Source of the DNA: Deltaproteobacteria bacterium
Lineage (GTDB): Bacteria; Desulfobacterota; Desulfobacteria; Desulfobacterales; Desulfatibacillaceae
DNA: 64,000 bases
Reading direction: 5' to 3'
NCBI GenBank assembly: GCA_016235345.1
Contig: JACRLG010000028.1
Span: 1 to 64,000 of the forward strand
Positions within the stretch are counted from its first letter, which is position 1, and each line of letters begins with the position of its first letter. A program made the position numbers and the translations under genes. The notes under the pieces are model-generated. The model did not search any database, was not told the DNA's origin, and saw nothing but the letters and a program-made list of their open reading frames with translations. Positions 36,004 through 45,712 of the stretch are shown piece after piece.

Positions 36004-37230
36004 ATGCGAGATGTTGCGGTTGTGGGCGTGGGAATGACCCAGTTCGGAAAATGGCCGGAAAAGGGCATAAAAGATTTGGTGCGCGAAGCGGTTACCGACG
36101 CAATGGCCGACTGCGGCGCCGAAATACCGGACTTCGAGGCGGCCTATGTGGGCTCGGCGGCTGCGGGCCTTATGACCGGCCAGGAGCAGATAAGAGCCCA
36201 GGTCACCTTGTCTGCAATGGGGATAGAAGGCATTCCCATGTATAATCTCGAAAACGCCTGCGCAAGCTCCTCCACGGCTTTTCACACAGCGTGGGCGGCG
36301 GTGGGCGCGGGCCTTTACGACTGCGCCCTGGTTGTGGGCTTTGAAAAACTTTACGATGTTGACAAGAAAAAATCCTTCGCAGCCCTGGGTACGGCCGTCG
36401 ACGTGGAGATGGTGAAAAAATTCCTGGAGGATTTCGCCAAGCAACAAAAATCCAAGGAAAAAATCCTCTCCGAAGGCGCGGGCGAGAAAAAATCCATCTT
36501 CATGGACATGTACGCCTACTACACCCGCATGTACATGGATAAATACAACCTGACCCAGGAGCACTTCGGCAAAATCGCCGTAAAGAGCCACAAGAACGGC
36601 GCGAAAAATCCCCACGCACAATACCGCGAGGAAGTGACCCTCGAACAGGTGCTTAATTCCGGCGACGTTGCCTTTCCCCTCACCCGCATGATGTGCTCGC
36701 CCATCGGCGACGGGGCGGCGGCGGCCATAGTCTGCTCCAGGGAACGGGCAGCCAGCTTCAAAAAGCACGCGCCGGTCTGGGTGGCCGCCTCGGTGGTGGG
36801 TTCCGGCAAGCCCTCGGCGGGCCTTTCGGACACCTTGACCAAGCGCCTCGGCCCCAAGGCCTTCGCCGCAGCCGGAGTCGACCCCAAAGACATCAACGTG
36901 ATAGAGGTCCACGACGCCACAAGCCCCTCCGAGATCATCACCCTGATAGAGCTTGGACTGGTTCCGGGCGACCAGGCAGGGCGCTACATCGATGACGGGC
37001 TCCTGGAAATCGACGGAATCCTTGCGTCCAACACATCGGGCGGCCTGGCCTCCAAGGGGCATCCCATCGGGGCCACCGGAACCGGCCAGATTCACGAGAT
37101 CGTCAACCAGCTTCGCGGCACAGCAGGCCCCCGTCAGGTGAAAAACCCCAAGATCGGCATGACCCACAACGGAGGCGGAATACTGGGGGTGGATGCGGCG
37201 GCTATGACGCTTCACGTTTTCAGGGCGTGA
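36004..37230 (+). CDS. SCP-x type thiolase / nonspecific lipid-transfer-protein-like thiolase.
   Basis: 408 aa (VAVVGVGMTQFGK, NACASSSTAF, NTSGGLASKGHPIGATG). Confidence 0.85.
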   Translation: MRDVAVVGVGMTQFGKWPEKGIKDLVREAVTDAMADCGAEIPDFEAAYVGSAAAGLMTGQEQIRAQVTLSAMGIEGIPMYNLENACASSSTAFHTAWAAVGAGLYDCALVVGFEKLYDVDKKKSFAALGTAVDVEMVKKFLEDFAKQQKSKEKILSEGAGEKKSIFMDMYAYYTRMYMDKYNLTQEHFGKIAVKSHKNGAKNPHAQYREEVTLEQVLNSGDVAFPLTRMMCSPIGDGAAAAIVCSRERAASFKKHAPVWVAASVVGSGKPSAGLSDTLTKRLGPKAFAAAGVDPKDINVIEVHDATSPSEIITLIELGLVPGDQAGRYIDDGLLEIDGILASNTSGGLASKGHPIGATGTGQIHEIVNQLRGTAGPRQVKNPKIGMTHNGGGILGVDAAAMTLHVFRA

Positions 37231-37232
37231 CA

Positions 37233-37346
37233 GGCGTCCAAAAACGCGAACTGGCAGTGCCAGAGCTTCAAAGCCAATTCCGCCACGTACTTTTAGTACG
37301 CGCGGCTCTTATGGCTTCTCGCGCGACGCGTTCATCGTTTTTGACC
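37233..37346 (+). repeat. Intergenic palindromic repeat element, copy E (subfamily 1).
   Basis: Starts 3 nt after the stop at 37230. Shares the AAAACGCGAACTGGCAGTGCCAGAGCTTCAAAGCCAATTCCGCCACGTAC core. Confidence 0.7.
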
Positions 37347-37419
37347 GCCCTTTCCGGTGGTGCCCTTAAAGAAACCAAACAATATTCATTTTCAACTGGC
37401 ATTACAAGGAGGCGTCAGC

Positions 37420-38787
37420 ATGGATACCGCCCGCAAATACTGGAACATGGAGATTGAGGAGAAGCTGGGAACCGAAGCCATCCGGGAACTCCAATGGCAG
37501 AAGCTCCAGAAGGCTCTTGTCTGGCAGTATGAAAACACCCCATTCAACCGGGACCGCTTCGACAAGGCGGGCGTGAAACCAGGCGACATCAAGAGCCTCG
37601 AGGATTTTTCGCGCCTCATTCCCGTTGCCGGGCAGCCCGAAGTGCGCGAGGTCATCGGCAAGGTGGGGCTGGACATGAAGGCTCTGATGCTGCATCTCTT
37701 CGGCCAGAGCCGGGTTGACGATCTTTATCTTCTCACCACCACCAGCGGCACCACCGGCATTCCCACCCCCTACCCCAATTTTCGCAAGGCCATAGACGGA
37801 GCCAAGGAAATAATGTGCCGGGCAGCCTGGCGTATGGGGCTGCGGCCCAAGGACACCATAGGCCTTTGCTTCGGGCTTTCCATGCACGCGGCGGGAACCC
37901 CCCAGCTTCTCTGGTACCAGGACTTTCCGGGCATCACCATGGTTCCCATCGGGGCCGAGGCCGGCACGGAAAAAATACTCATGTTCATGAAGCTATTCGG
38001 CGTCAACGTGTTCACCGGCACGCCTTCGCTGGCCCTTCACCTGATCGAGCGCTGCCCCGAAGTCCTTCACGAACCCATCAAAAATCTTGGAATCAAAATC
38101 CTCATTCTTGGGGCCGAACCCGGAGCCGGAATCCCGGAAGTGCGCCAAAGGCTTGAAACCGAGTACGGGGCCAAGGTCTTCGACGCGGGCGCTGGCTACG
38201 GCTGCTCCTGCGAACACCCGGTTTACCAGGGAATGCACTGGCTGGCGGACGACAAGGCGTATTATGAACTGGTGAACCCTGAGACAATGGAGCCGGTTCC
38301 CATGGAGCACGGTGCCACCGGCATCATGGTGGGGACCTCCCTTGAGCCGGAAAGCGCCGTGTGGTTCGACATGCGCTTCACGTTGGGCGACATCCACCAG
38401 GTTTTCACCGAGCCCTGCCCCTGCGGGCGCTCCGGTTTCCGCTACAAGGTTGTGGGCCGCAGCGACGACATGCTGAAGGTCAAGGGCGTTCCCGTGTATC
38501 CGGCGGCCATCGAGGGCGTCATCCACTCGTTCCCGGAAAAACTCACCGGGCATTTCCGAATCATCCTGGAAGAACCGCCACCCCGAGTTGTTCCTCCCCT
38601 TAAATTGAAGGTGGAGCATGCTCCGGGCGTGACGGCGGACCAACTTCCGGCCCTTGAAAAGGAAATAAGCGAGCGGATGCACAAGCTCCTGAAGATCCGA
38701 CCGGCCATAACCTGGCTTGCCCCCAACACCCTTTCCAGAGAAACCAAAAAGACTCAGCTCCTGGAAAAAGCGTACGAGAGCAAGTAG
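37420..38787 (+). CDS. Phenylacetate-CoA ligase (PaaK)-like / coenzyme F390 synthetase family adenylate-forming enzyme.
   Basis: TTSGTTGIPTPY P-loop, PaaK-like N-terminus and C-terminal AMP-binding_C. RBS CAAGGAGG precedes ATG 37420. Confidence 0.8.
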   Translation: MDTARKYWNMEIEEKLGTEAIRELQWQKLQKALVWQYENTPFNRDRFDKAGVKPGDIKSLEDFSRLIPVAGQPEVREVIGKVGLDMKALMLHLFGQSRVDDLYLLTTTSGTTGIPTPYPNFRKAIDGAKEIMCRAAWRMGLRPKDTIGLCFGLSMHAAGTPQLLWYQDFPGITMVPIGAEAGTEKILMFMKLFGVNVFTGTPSLALHLIERCPEVLHEPIKNLGIKILILGAEPGAGIPEVRQRLETEYGAKVFDAGAGYGCSCEHPVYQGMHWLADDKAYYELVNPETMEPVPMEHGATGIMVGTSLEPESAVWFDMRFTLGDIHQVFTEPCPCGRSGFRYKVVGRSDDMLKVKGVPVYPAAIEGVIHSFPEKLTGHFRIILEEPPPRVVPPLKLKVEHAPGVTADQLPALEKEISERMHKLLKIRPAITWLAPNTLSRETKKTQLLEKAYESK

Positions 38788-38984
38788 CCACCTGTAAATG
38801 GGCATTTGAGGAACCACCCGGCCATCGCCATTGAATGACAGATGCCGGGCGGACCCGCCGGGATTCCGCCGGATGAAACCGGTTGCATAACATTAATTGC
38901 AAGGCTACATTATTCCGGGTATCCTATGATTAATTTTAATGCGCTGCGGCGGCTGAGCCGCAGACTGGCCGGGGAGCTTTTCCA

Positions 38985-39629
38985 ATGCCTCCGTCAGGCT
39001 CAATGCCCGCGAAACCCGGCGTGTTGCGGCGTGCCGTTCTCCCGGTTCTGGCCGGGCTGATTCTCTGCGCCGTTGGCGCTTTTGTTCACCAGCGTTATTT
39101 GGCGGTCAACTTCGGAGTGGTGGCGCCCGGCGCTGTTTACCGCTCGGCGCAACCCTCCCCGGAGGATCTCGCGCGATTTGCTCGGGAACGCGGCCTGAAA
39201 AGCGTTCTCAACCTCCGCGACGACACGCCGGACCTCATTCTTGAAGCCGAAACCAGGGCTGCCCAACGCCTGGGCCTGAGCCTTTTTTCCGTACCCCTTT
39301 CCGCCAGGACTCCCCCCACTCCAACGCAGCTTTTTCAGATCATCCATGCCATCCGAAACGGCCCCAAGCCCATGCTCATCCACTGCCGGGCCGGGGCGGA
39401 TCGCACAGGCGTCGTCTCGGTTCTGGCCGCCATGGCCATAGCCGGCAAGCCTTATCAAACTGCCCGAAAGCAACTTTCCGTAAGGCATCTGCGCCTGCTT
39501 CCCGCCAACCACGGCATCGGCTCCCTGCTTACCGCCTTTGAACACCATGCAGATCAAAAAAGCCTGGAAAATCCCTCCTGGCCCGATTTTGTCGAATGGG
39601 CCGCATCGCATTATGCCGACAAACAGTAG
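38985..39629 (+). CDS. Membrane-anchored protein tyrosine / dual-specificity phosphatase.
   Basis: CX5R active site HCRAGADRTG and an N-terminal TM helix. Confidence 0.65.
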   Translation: MPPSGSMPAKPGVLRRAVLPVLAGLILCAVGAFVHQRYLAVNFGVVAPGAVYRSAQPSPEDLARFARERGLKSVLNLRDDTPDLILEAETRAAQRLGLSLFSVPLSARTPPTPTQLFQIIHAIRNGPKPMLIHCRAGADRTGVVSVLAAMAIAGKPYQTARKQLSVRHLRLLPANHGIGSLLTAFEHHADQKSLENPSWPDFVEWAASHYADKQ

Positions 39630-39818
39630 CGATACGCTTTATGGCGACCTCCCATACGGAACAGAGGCAGTGAAATAGAACACTCAAAAAAAGCGCGTAC
39701 CGCTCTTGCCGCCTTCCGATAGCTGTGCTATGAATCATACATTCCACTACACATTTCAGCGCCAGCCAGCCATGCCTGGAGGCCATTTTCCATTTTTATT
39801 ACCTGAAAGGATATCGTA

Positions 39819-40883
39819 ATGAACGAACGCTCATTCCCAAGGCTCCGTATGATTTGCGGAATGATGTTTGCCTCGATTCTGCTTCTGGGGACCCCGGCCC
39901 TGGCCCAGAATGTCTACCCGTTAACCATATCCGGCCAGCAGAATGTTTACGTGGACACAAACGACAACGGAGTTTGTGATACCGCCACCGATGGCTATTT
40001 CACCTTAAAGCTCGTAAAGCTGGTTAACGCTGGTGCGGATGCAAACAAATGGGCGGTGCTCCTTGAAGGCAACAGGGGCTTGTCTCCGACCAACGGATTC
40101 GGACAGATTTTCGTGCTGGACGGAGATGTGGACAGCAACGGTAACTTCAGCATCCGCGAACTCGCCATTGACGCGACCTACCTGGGAGACGACAACCTGC
40201 CCGTCACGGTCAAAAATATTTGGGCTCACATCGGCCTCGCGGACCAGGTGGTTCCCGATTATGCAGGCTTTCTGCATTCCCTGGTACTGGAAATGTCCGA
40301 CCCGGCCAATCCGTTTTCCGGATTCAACAAGGCCACGTTCCGGGTTGAGGGCGATGCAGACCTTGTCCTCGGCAACGATATCGACGAAAACTCCGTTACC
40401 GTCGAATTCAACGACGGAGATTACTCCGACACAATCAACTTCGCAGGCACGATCTATGGAACGGGCGTTGAGGGCAACGTACTCACCGATCTGGAGGGCG
40501 CGGTTCACGGGACAGACCTTGTCGGCGAAGGCGGCGACCCCCTCTGGCTTGTTCAGGAATTCGGCATCATACTCGATAATCTGGCTTATGGCGATCTTGC
40601 CATGTTCATCCCCCTTGGCGCGGACGGATCGATTGTCATCACCGACGGGCAGGCCAACGGATTTTTGCTCAAATCGGGGGTAAAGCCTGTCCATGAAGAC
40701 TCGCCCACGCCCGGACGCATGCCCGGAATGGCCGCAGCCATAGCGAAACTGGCGCATTACTCAAAAGATTCCGGTTTTTGCATGATCCGGACCCTGAAAA
40801 GCCGTGAGGAAACGGGGCCTCTTTGGATGGGTCTGATGCTGATGCTGGGTATAGGGGCGGCGTTTGTGCTGAGGAAAAAATAG
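39819..40883 (+). CDS. Secreted repeat protein with a C-terminal TM and basic tail (sortase/exosortase-like sorting signal).
   Basis: Signal peptide MICGMMFASILLLGTPALA. Asp/Gly/Asn-rich body. C-terminus GPLWMGLMLMLGIGAAFVLRKK. Confidence 0.55.
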   Translation: MNERSFPRLRMICGMMFASILLLGTPALAQNVYPLTISGQQNVYVDTNDNGVCDTATDGYFTLKLVKLVNAGADANKWAVLLEGNRGLSPTNGFGQIFVLDGDVDSNGNFSIRELAIDATYLGDDNLPVTVKNIWAHIGLADQVVPDYAGFLHSLVLEMSDPANPFSGFNKATFRVEGDADLVLGNDIDENSVTVEFNDGDYSDTINFAGTIYGTGVEGNVLTDLEGAVHGTDLVGEGGDPLWLVQEFGIILDNLAYGDLAMFIPLGADGSIVITDGQANGFLLKSGVKPVHEDSPTPGRMPGMAAAIAKLAHYSKDSGFCMIRTLKSREETGPLWMGLMLMLGIGAAFVLRKK

Positions 40884-41364
40884 CAGAAGCAAAATTTTAA
40901 CTGCGGACGCGCACGGAATGAGAGGGGCGCACGGTGCATGAAAAACCGTTGCGCCCCTTGTATCGTGGCTTTCCCGGCAGGATGGCGGGCTCTCGAAACC
41001 TTGGGGAATCAGCAGTCCTTCCCGGCTGCGCCTCCCATGGGCAGGCGCAGAAGACTCGCCCCGGCCAAAAAGCCGATGGTAAGGAGGGCGGGCATAACCA
41101 AAAGCTCCAACAGCGCTCCCCGCCGAAGGTCCAGGACGCCGTAAGCAAACCTGTTGTAGATGATCTGAAAAACAAAATGGGACAAAAATAGGATCACGAA
41201 CACCTTGGCCGTATCCACCAGTGAAAGATTTCTTTTGAATTTCATTTTTCACCATTAATTGTTAAGGTTGGCCCCGGCTGACCATCGGGCGGGGAAAGCC
41301 CTGCCCGATCTGCCTCATATGTCAATCACAGGACAGCAAACTTGAATTCACGGCCTTTGTCTAA

Positions 41365-43107
41365 ATGACCCCGAAACCCACCCTCGTCGGCTATCTCCGC
41401 CCATTGTGGCCGCGCATCGCGGCCACGATGGGGGCCGTGGTGGTCATGTCGGCCATCAACGTGGGCGTCATTCCGGTGGTCCAGAAAATCGCCGAGGTCA
41501 TCACCCTTCACGACTCTCCGGCGCTTCTTGCATGGATATCCTTCGCGGTGGCCATTTACCTGGTAAGGGCCGCCGCCGCCTATGTAGAGGTCACGTGTTC
41601 GCTTTCCATCGGCCACCATATGGTCGCGGCCATGCGAACGGACGTGTTCGCCCACCTGCAAACCCTGTCGCTCGACTTTTTCGCCCGGAAGCACACCGGG
41701 GACCTTCTTTCACGCATCATCAACGACCTGGCCGCGATCCAGTCCACTCTCACCGAGGCCTTCGTCCGGGTCCTTCCCCACATCCTGACCCCGTTCGGCG
41801 TCCTGGCCTACCTCTTCTACATCAACTGGAAGCTCACCCTGGTCGCTCTGGCAATGGCCGCCATGGTGTTTTTCCTGTTCTCGCGCTTTCGCGGGCTCAT
41901 GCGCGACGTGGGGGAAAGCGTAGTCCGCAATCAGTCCGACATGGCGGTGCTCGTTACCGAAAACATACGGGGTGCCAAGATTGTCAGGAGCTTTTGCATG
42001 GAAAAGTCCGAGATCGGGAAAATGGCCCTCGCCACGGACGCCAGCCTCGACTCCCGCACCAGGGAGGCCCGCATCATAGCCATCCAGGAGCCCCTGGTCG
42101 GGCTCTTCCAGATACTGCTTCTTGTTTCGCTCATCGGCCTTGGCGGGCATCTCATCATAAAGGGGGAAATGACGCCCGCCCAACTCGTGGCCTTTTTCAT
42201 CGGTATGATGCTGCTGATCGACCCTGTTCGGGAGATGAGCCGCATCCACGTCATGATCCAGCGGACCAGGGCCTCGGCTTCCCGTGTGCTGGAGCTTTTG
42301 GAGGAAACTCCGTCCGTGCCCGAATCGCCGGAGGCAGTTGAACTGGGGCCTCAACCGGGGGCCGTGGAATTTTCCAACGTCTCGTTCGCCTACGAAAAAA
42401 ACGGGCCGACCGTTCTTTCCAACGTCTCCCTTCGGGCGGAACCGGGCCAGACCCTGGCCATTGTCGGGCCAAGCGGCGCGGGCAAGACCACCCTGGCCAA
42501 CCTGGTGTGCCGTTTCTGCGACCCCTCCCTGGGAGCGGTCCTGGTGAACGGCCAAGACGTGCGCTCGCTCACCCTCGCATCCCTCAGAAGCGCCGTGGGG
42601 CTGGTGCCACAGGACACCGTGCTTTTTTCGCACTCGGTGAGGGAAAACATCGCCCTGGGCAAACCCGGCGCTTCCGGGGGCGAAATCGAACGGGCCGCCC
42701 GCCTGGCCCACGCCCACGAGTTTATCGCCTCGCTTCCGGACGGCTACGAAACCCGGATCGGAGAAAACGGCGTCCTTCTTTCCGAGGGACAGCGCCAACG
42801 AATAGCCATTGCGCGCTGCTTTTTAAAGGACCCCGCTATCCTTGTTCTGGACGAGATCACCGCCTCTCTGGACGCAGAGTCCGAACGCCTGATCCAGGAC
42901 GCTCTTCGCGGACTCATGGCCGGCAGGACCACCCTATTGATCGCCCACAGGCTTTCCACCGTCGCCCACGCGGACCGCATAGTCTTTCTGGACAAGGGGG
43001 CCGTCGCGGAACAGGGAACCCACCGGGAACTCTTCGAAAAACGTGGCGCTTACTGGCGTTTCTGCAGGCTCCAGTGGGGCGTCGGGCGTGACTCGGACAT
43101 CTTTTGA
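41365..43107 (+). CDS. ABC transporter permease/ATPase (type I exporter, MsbA-like).
   Basis: Six-TM domain followed by Walker A GPSGAGKTT, signature LSEGQRQRIAIAR, Walker B ILVLDE. Confidence 0.9.
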   Translation: MTPKPTLVGYLRPLWPRIAATMGAVVVMSAINVGVIPVVQKIAEVITLHDSPALLAWISFAVAIYLVRAAAAYVEVTCSLSIGHHMVAAMRTDVFAHLQTLSLDFFARKHTGDLLSRIINDLAAIQSTLTEAFVRVLPHILTPFGVLAYLFYINWKLTLVALAMAAMVFFLFSRFRGLMRDVGESVVRNQSDMAVLVTENIRGAKIVRSFCMEKSEIGKMALATDASLDSRTREARIIAIQEPLVGLFQILLLVSLIGLGGHLIIKGEMTPAQLVAFFIGMMLLIDPVREMSRIHVMIQRTRASASRVLELLEETPSVPESPEAVELGPQPGAVEFSNVSFAYEKNGPTVLSNVSLRAEPGQTLAIVGPSGAGKTTLANLVCRFCDPSLGAVLVNGQDVRSLTLASLRSAVGLVPQDTVLFSHSVRENIALGKPGASGGEIERAARLAHAHEFIASLPDGYETRIGENGVLLSEGQRQRIAIARCFLKDPAILVLDEITASLDAESERLIQDALRGLMAGRTTLLIAHRLSTVAHADRIVFLDKGAVAEQGTHRELFEKRGAYWRFCRLQWGVGRDSDIF

Positions 43108-43136
43108 AAAGGTTATTCAGGTGATCGTCTTTTACC

Positions 43137-44747
43137 TTAAAGGCCCTTGACGATCTCCACCCCCGCGCCCGCGCCGATGCGGCTTGCCCCGGCCTCCATC
43201 ATGGCAAGCGCGGTTTTCGCGTCCTTTATGCCCCCCGACGCCTTGACGCCCATGTCCGGCCCCACGGTTTTTCGCATGAGGGCGATATCTTCCGTTGTGG
43301 CCCCGCCTCCGGCAAAACCGGTGCTGGTCTTGACGAAATCCGCCCCGGCCTTTTTGGCCATAAGGCAGGCCCGGATTTTTTCATCATCATTCAAAAGGCA
43401 GGTTTCGATTATCACCTTCAAAACCACCGGGGCCGGGGCCGCCCGTCGCACTGCCAGGATGTCGGACAAAACCCCGTCGTCGTCGCCCGATTTGAGCGCG
43501 CCGATGTTCATCACCATGTCAAGTTCCGTTGCCCCGTCCGAAACCGCCCGTCCCGCCTCGAAGGCCTTGGCCCTTTCGTCCGTGGCCCCAAGGGGGAACC
43601 CGATCACCGAGCATACCGCCACACCGGTCCCCTTAAGCCTTTCTGCGACGTATGAAACCCTTGCCGAATTCACGCACACCGACATGAACCCGTGCTCCAC
43701 GGCCTCGCGGCAGAGCTTGTCGAACGCGGAATCGGCGGCGTCGGGCTTCAAAAGCGTGTGATCTATCATGCGGGAAAGTGAGGCCCTCGTAATGATGGGG
43801 CCGGTGCTTTCGGGTGCGGCGTGGGTATCGAGGATTCCGGGCGGAAGGTCCGCCGCGTGCGGAAAGCTGGTCTGGGTTCCCTGGCCCATTACGCTTATGG
43901 CCGCAATTCGGTTGGCCAGCCCTACGGCTTCATCCAGAGCCTTGCCCCGCGCCAGGAAAAAGGCGAGGCTTCCCACGAAGCAGTCCCCCGCTCCCGTGGT
44001 GTCGATGGCCTTCACCGGCTCGGAGGGGATGTGCCGTACGCCGCCCTTGTCCATCACAAGGCTTCCCCGTTCGCCCAGGGTGAGGACCACGGCCTTGGGG
44101 CCGCGCCGCAGAAGTTCGGCTGCCGCCTTTTCCGCCTGGCCGGGGGTATTGACAGGCATCCCGGTGAGCATCCCGGTCTCGCTTTCGTTGGGGCAGATGA
44201 GATCGCTCAGTAAGTATATCTCTTCGGGAAGCTCAAGCCGCGCCGGGGCCGGGTTGAAGATGGTGAAGACCCCGTGCTTCCTTGCAATCCGAAGCGCCGC
44301 GAGGCTTTTCTCAAGCTGCGATTCCAGCTGGCACACGAGGATTTTTGCGCCTGCGATCACATCCGCTGCGGCCATGATTCCGTCTTCGGTAAGAAGGTCG
44401 TTAGCGCCGGTGACTATAATGATGGAGTTGTCGCCGTTTTTGTCCACCGCTATGGGGGCGACGCCTGAAAAGGCCTGGTCCGTGAATGAGACGTGCCGGG
44501 TGTCCACGCCCTGGCTCTTGAAATTTTCCAGCGTGTCCCGTCCGAATACGTCGGAGCCCAGCTTCGCCACCATTGCCACGCGGGCTCCCAGCCTTGCCGC
44601 CATCACGGCCTGGTTGGCCCCTTTTCCTCCGAAGCCCATTGAAAAGCGCTCGCCGTGAAGGGTCTCCCCAAGGGCCGGAAGCCTTGGAACGTATGAGATG
44701 AGGTCCATGTTGCACGCGCCCACCACGCAGATTTCAGGCTGTTCCAT
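43137..44747 (-). CDS. Bifunctional ribokinase/deoxyribokinase (PfkB family) - deoxyribose-phosphate aldolase (DeoC) fusion.
   Basis: N-terminus [15 protein letters not shown] and DTTGAGDCF (ribokinase). C-terminus FVKTSTGF (Schiff-base Lys) and KASGGI (DeoC). Start ATG 44747 with a GGAG RBS. Confidence 0.8.
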   Translation of the reverse strand: MEQPEICVVGACNMDLISYVPRLPALGETLHGERFSMGFGGKGANQAVMAARLGARVAMVAKLGSDVFGRDTLENFKSQGVDTRHVSFTDQAFSGVAPIAVDKNGDNSIIIVTGANDLLTEDGIMAAADVIAGAKILVCQLESQLEKSLAALRIARKHGVFTIFNPAPARLELPEEIYLLSDLICPNESETGMLTGMPVNTPGQAEKAAAELLRRGPKAVVLTLGERGSLVMDKGGVRHIPSEPVKAIDTTGAGDCFVGSLAFFLARGKALDEAVGLANRIAAISVMGQGTQTSFPHAADLPPGILDTHAAPESTGPIITRASLSRMIDHTLLKPDAADSAFDKLCREAVEHGFMSVCVNSARVSYVAERLKGTGVAVCSVIGFPLGATDERAKAFEAGRAVSDGATELDMVMNIGALKSGDDDGVLSDILAVRRAAPAPVVLKVIIETCLLNDDEKIRACLMAKKAGADFVKTSTGFAGGGATTEDIALMRKTVGPDMGVKASGGIKDAKTALAMMEAGASRIGAGAGVEIVKGL

Positions 44748-45101
44748 TATCTCTCCTGGGATTGAATGGCTTTCCGGCAAGTCCTCACAAAATCGTTGCG
44801 GAGCCCGCCGGTAAAATTTCTCTACGGTTAAAGCCCACCATAGCAGAGAATTACGACACGTGCCACATGATATGGGCCGCCGTATTTGAAACAAATAAAA
44901 GGTTTCCCCTCCCTCCCCCTGCATTCTCTCCCTCCCTTTCCAAAACACTTTTAGAGACTAAATAATGTAATTTAAGATACTTATGTGTGGCCAGCCATTA
45001 CCGGAAGACAACCCGGTTTCATGAAATTGACAAGGGAACACACGTTGAAATGAAACGCCTTCCCTGTTTTCAAACCCGGCGGCCCGGAATCCAACAAAAA
45101 C

Positions 45102-45133
45102 GGCCCGTGAAGGCTTTTCCGCCTTCACGGGCC
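45102..45133 (-). terminator. Rho-independent terminator of the RND efflux operon.
   Basis: Perfect 13-bp stem GGCCCGTGAAGGC/GCCTTCACGGGCC with loop TTTTCC, followed on the minus strand by TTTTTGTTGG. Confidence 0.55.
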
Positions 45134-45157
45134 GTCCGGGCTTCACTTCAAATTTGC

Positions 45158-45694
45158 CTAATTTTTGACGGTGATGGTGTCTGTAAGGGTTTCCGCTCCC
45201 TTTGCAGTCGTTACCTTGGCCTTCACCTTGACGATGTAAGCGCCCTTCTGCTTCATGATTACGTCGGCCCCGTAGCCGTTGTTCATGCCCATGGTTAGAG
45301 TCTTGACGGTTTTTTTGTCAGGGCCGGTTATCATGAATCCCACCTCGCCCGAAACGGGCTTTCCGGCGGCGTCCTTGATGAAGACGATGAAATGGCCGGT
45401 AACTTCGTTGCCCTGAATCATGCCCGCCATTTCCATCCCCAGCATGTCCTTCATTACAATATCGCGTTCGGCCCGGCTCAGGAGAACGTAATGGAGGATG
45501 TAGCCCTTCACCTTGTGATCGCCGATGACCTTGCCCGGCTCCTTTGCGGCAGGTGCGGGTTTGGCCGGGGCCGAGCTTGCCGTGATCACGGCTCCGTGGC
45601 CGTGGTGGTCCGCTTCAGCCGCCATGCCTAAATTTGCGCCCAAAAAAGCCAGAATAGCGATAAGCGCCAGGGTGGAAAATCTGAAATTTTTCAT
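45158..45694 (-). CDS. Periplasmic Met/His-rich metal-binding protein (CusF/CopC-like role).
   Basis: Signal peptide, an N-terminal DHHGHG and Met-rich motifs (MKDMLGMEMAGM, MGMNNGYGAD). It is the last gene of the Cus/Czc-like operon. Confidence 0.55.
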   Translation of the reverse strand: MKNFRFSTLALIAILAFLGANLGMAAEADHHGHGAVITASSAPAKPAPAAKEPGKVIGDHKVKGYILHYVLLSRAERDIVMKDMLGMEMAGMIQGNEVTGHFIVFIKDAAGKPVSGEVGFMITGPDKKTVKTLTMGMNNGYGADVIMKQKGAYIVKVKAKVTTAKGAETLTDTITVKN

Positions 45695-45712
45695 CGAAAA
45701 AGCCCTTTCATG

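Noticed and set aside
40005-40757. 250-aa minus-strand ORF.
   Set aside because: Fully antisense to the secreted repeat-protein gene, which has a clear signal peptide and C-terminal anchor.
41009-41245. 78-aa putative small membrane protein on the minus strand.
   Set aside because: It has two hydrophobic helices and sits in a lower-GC gap, so it could be real. But there is no convincing RBS and it is short. Left uncalled, as a possibility only.
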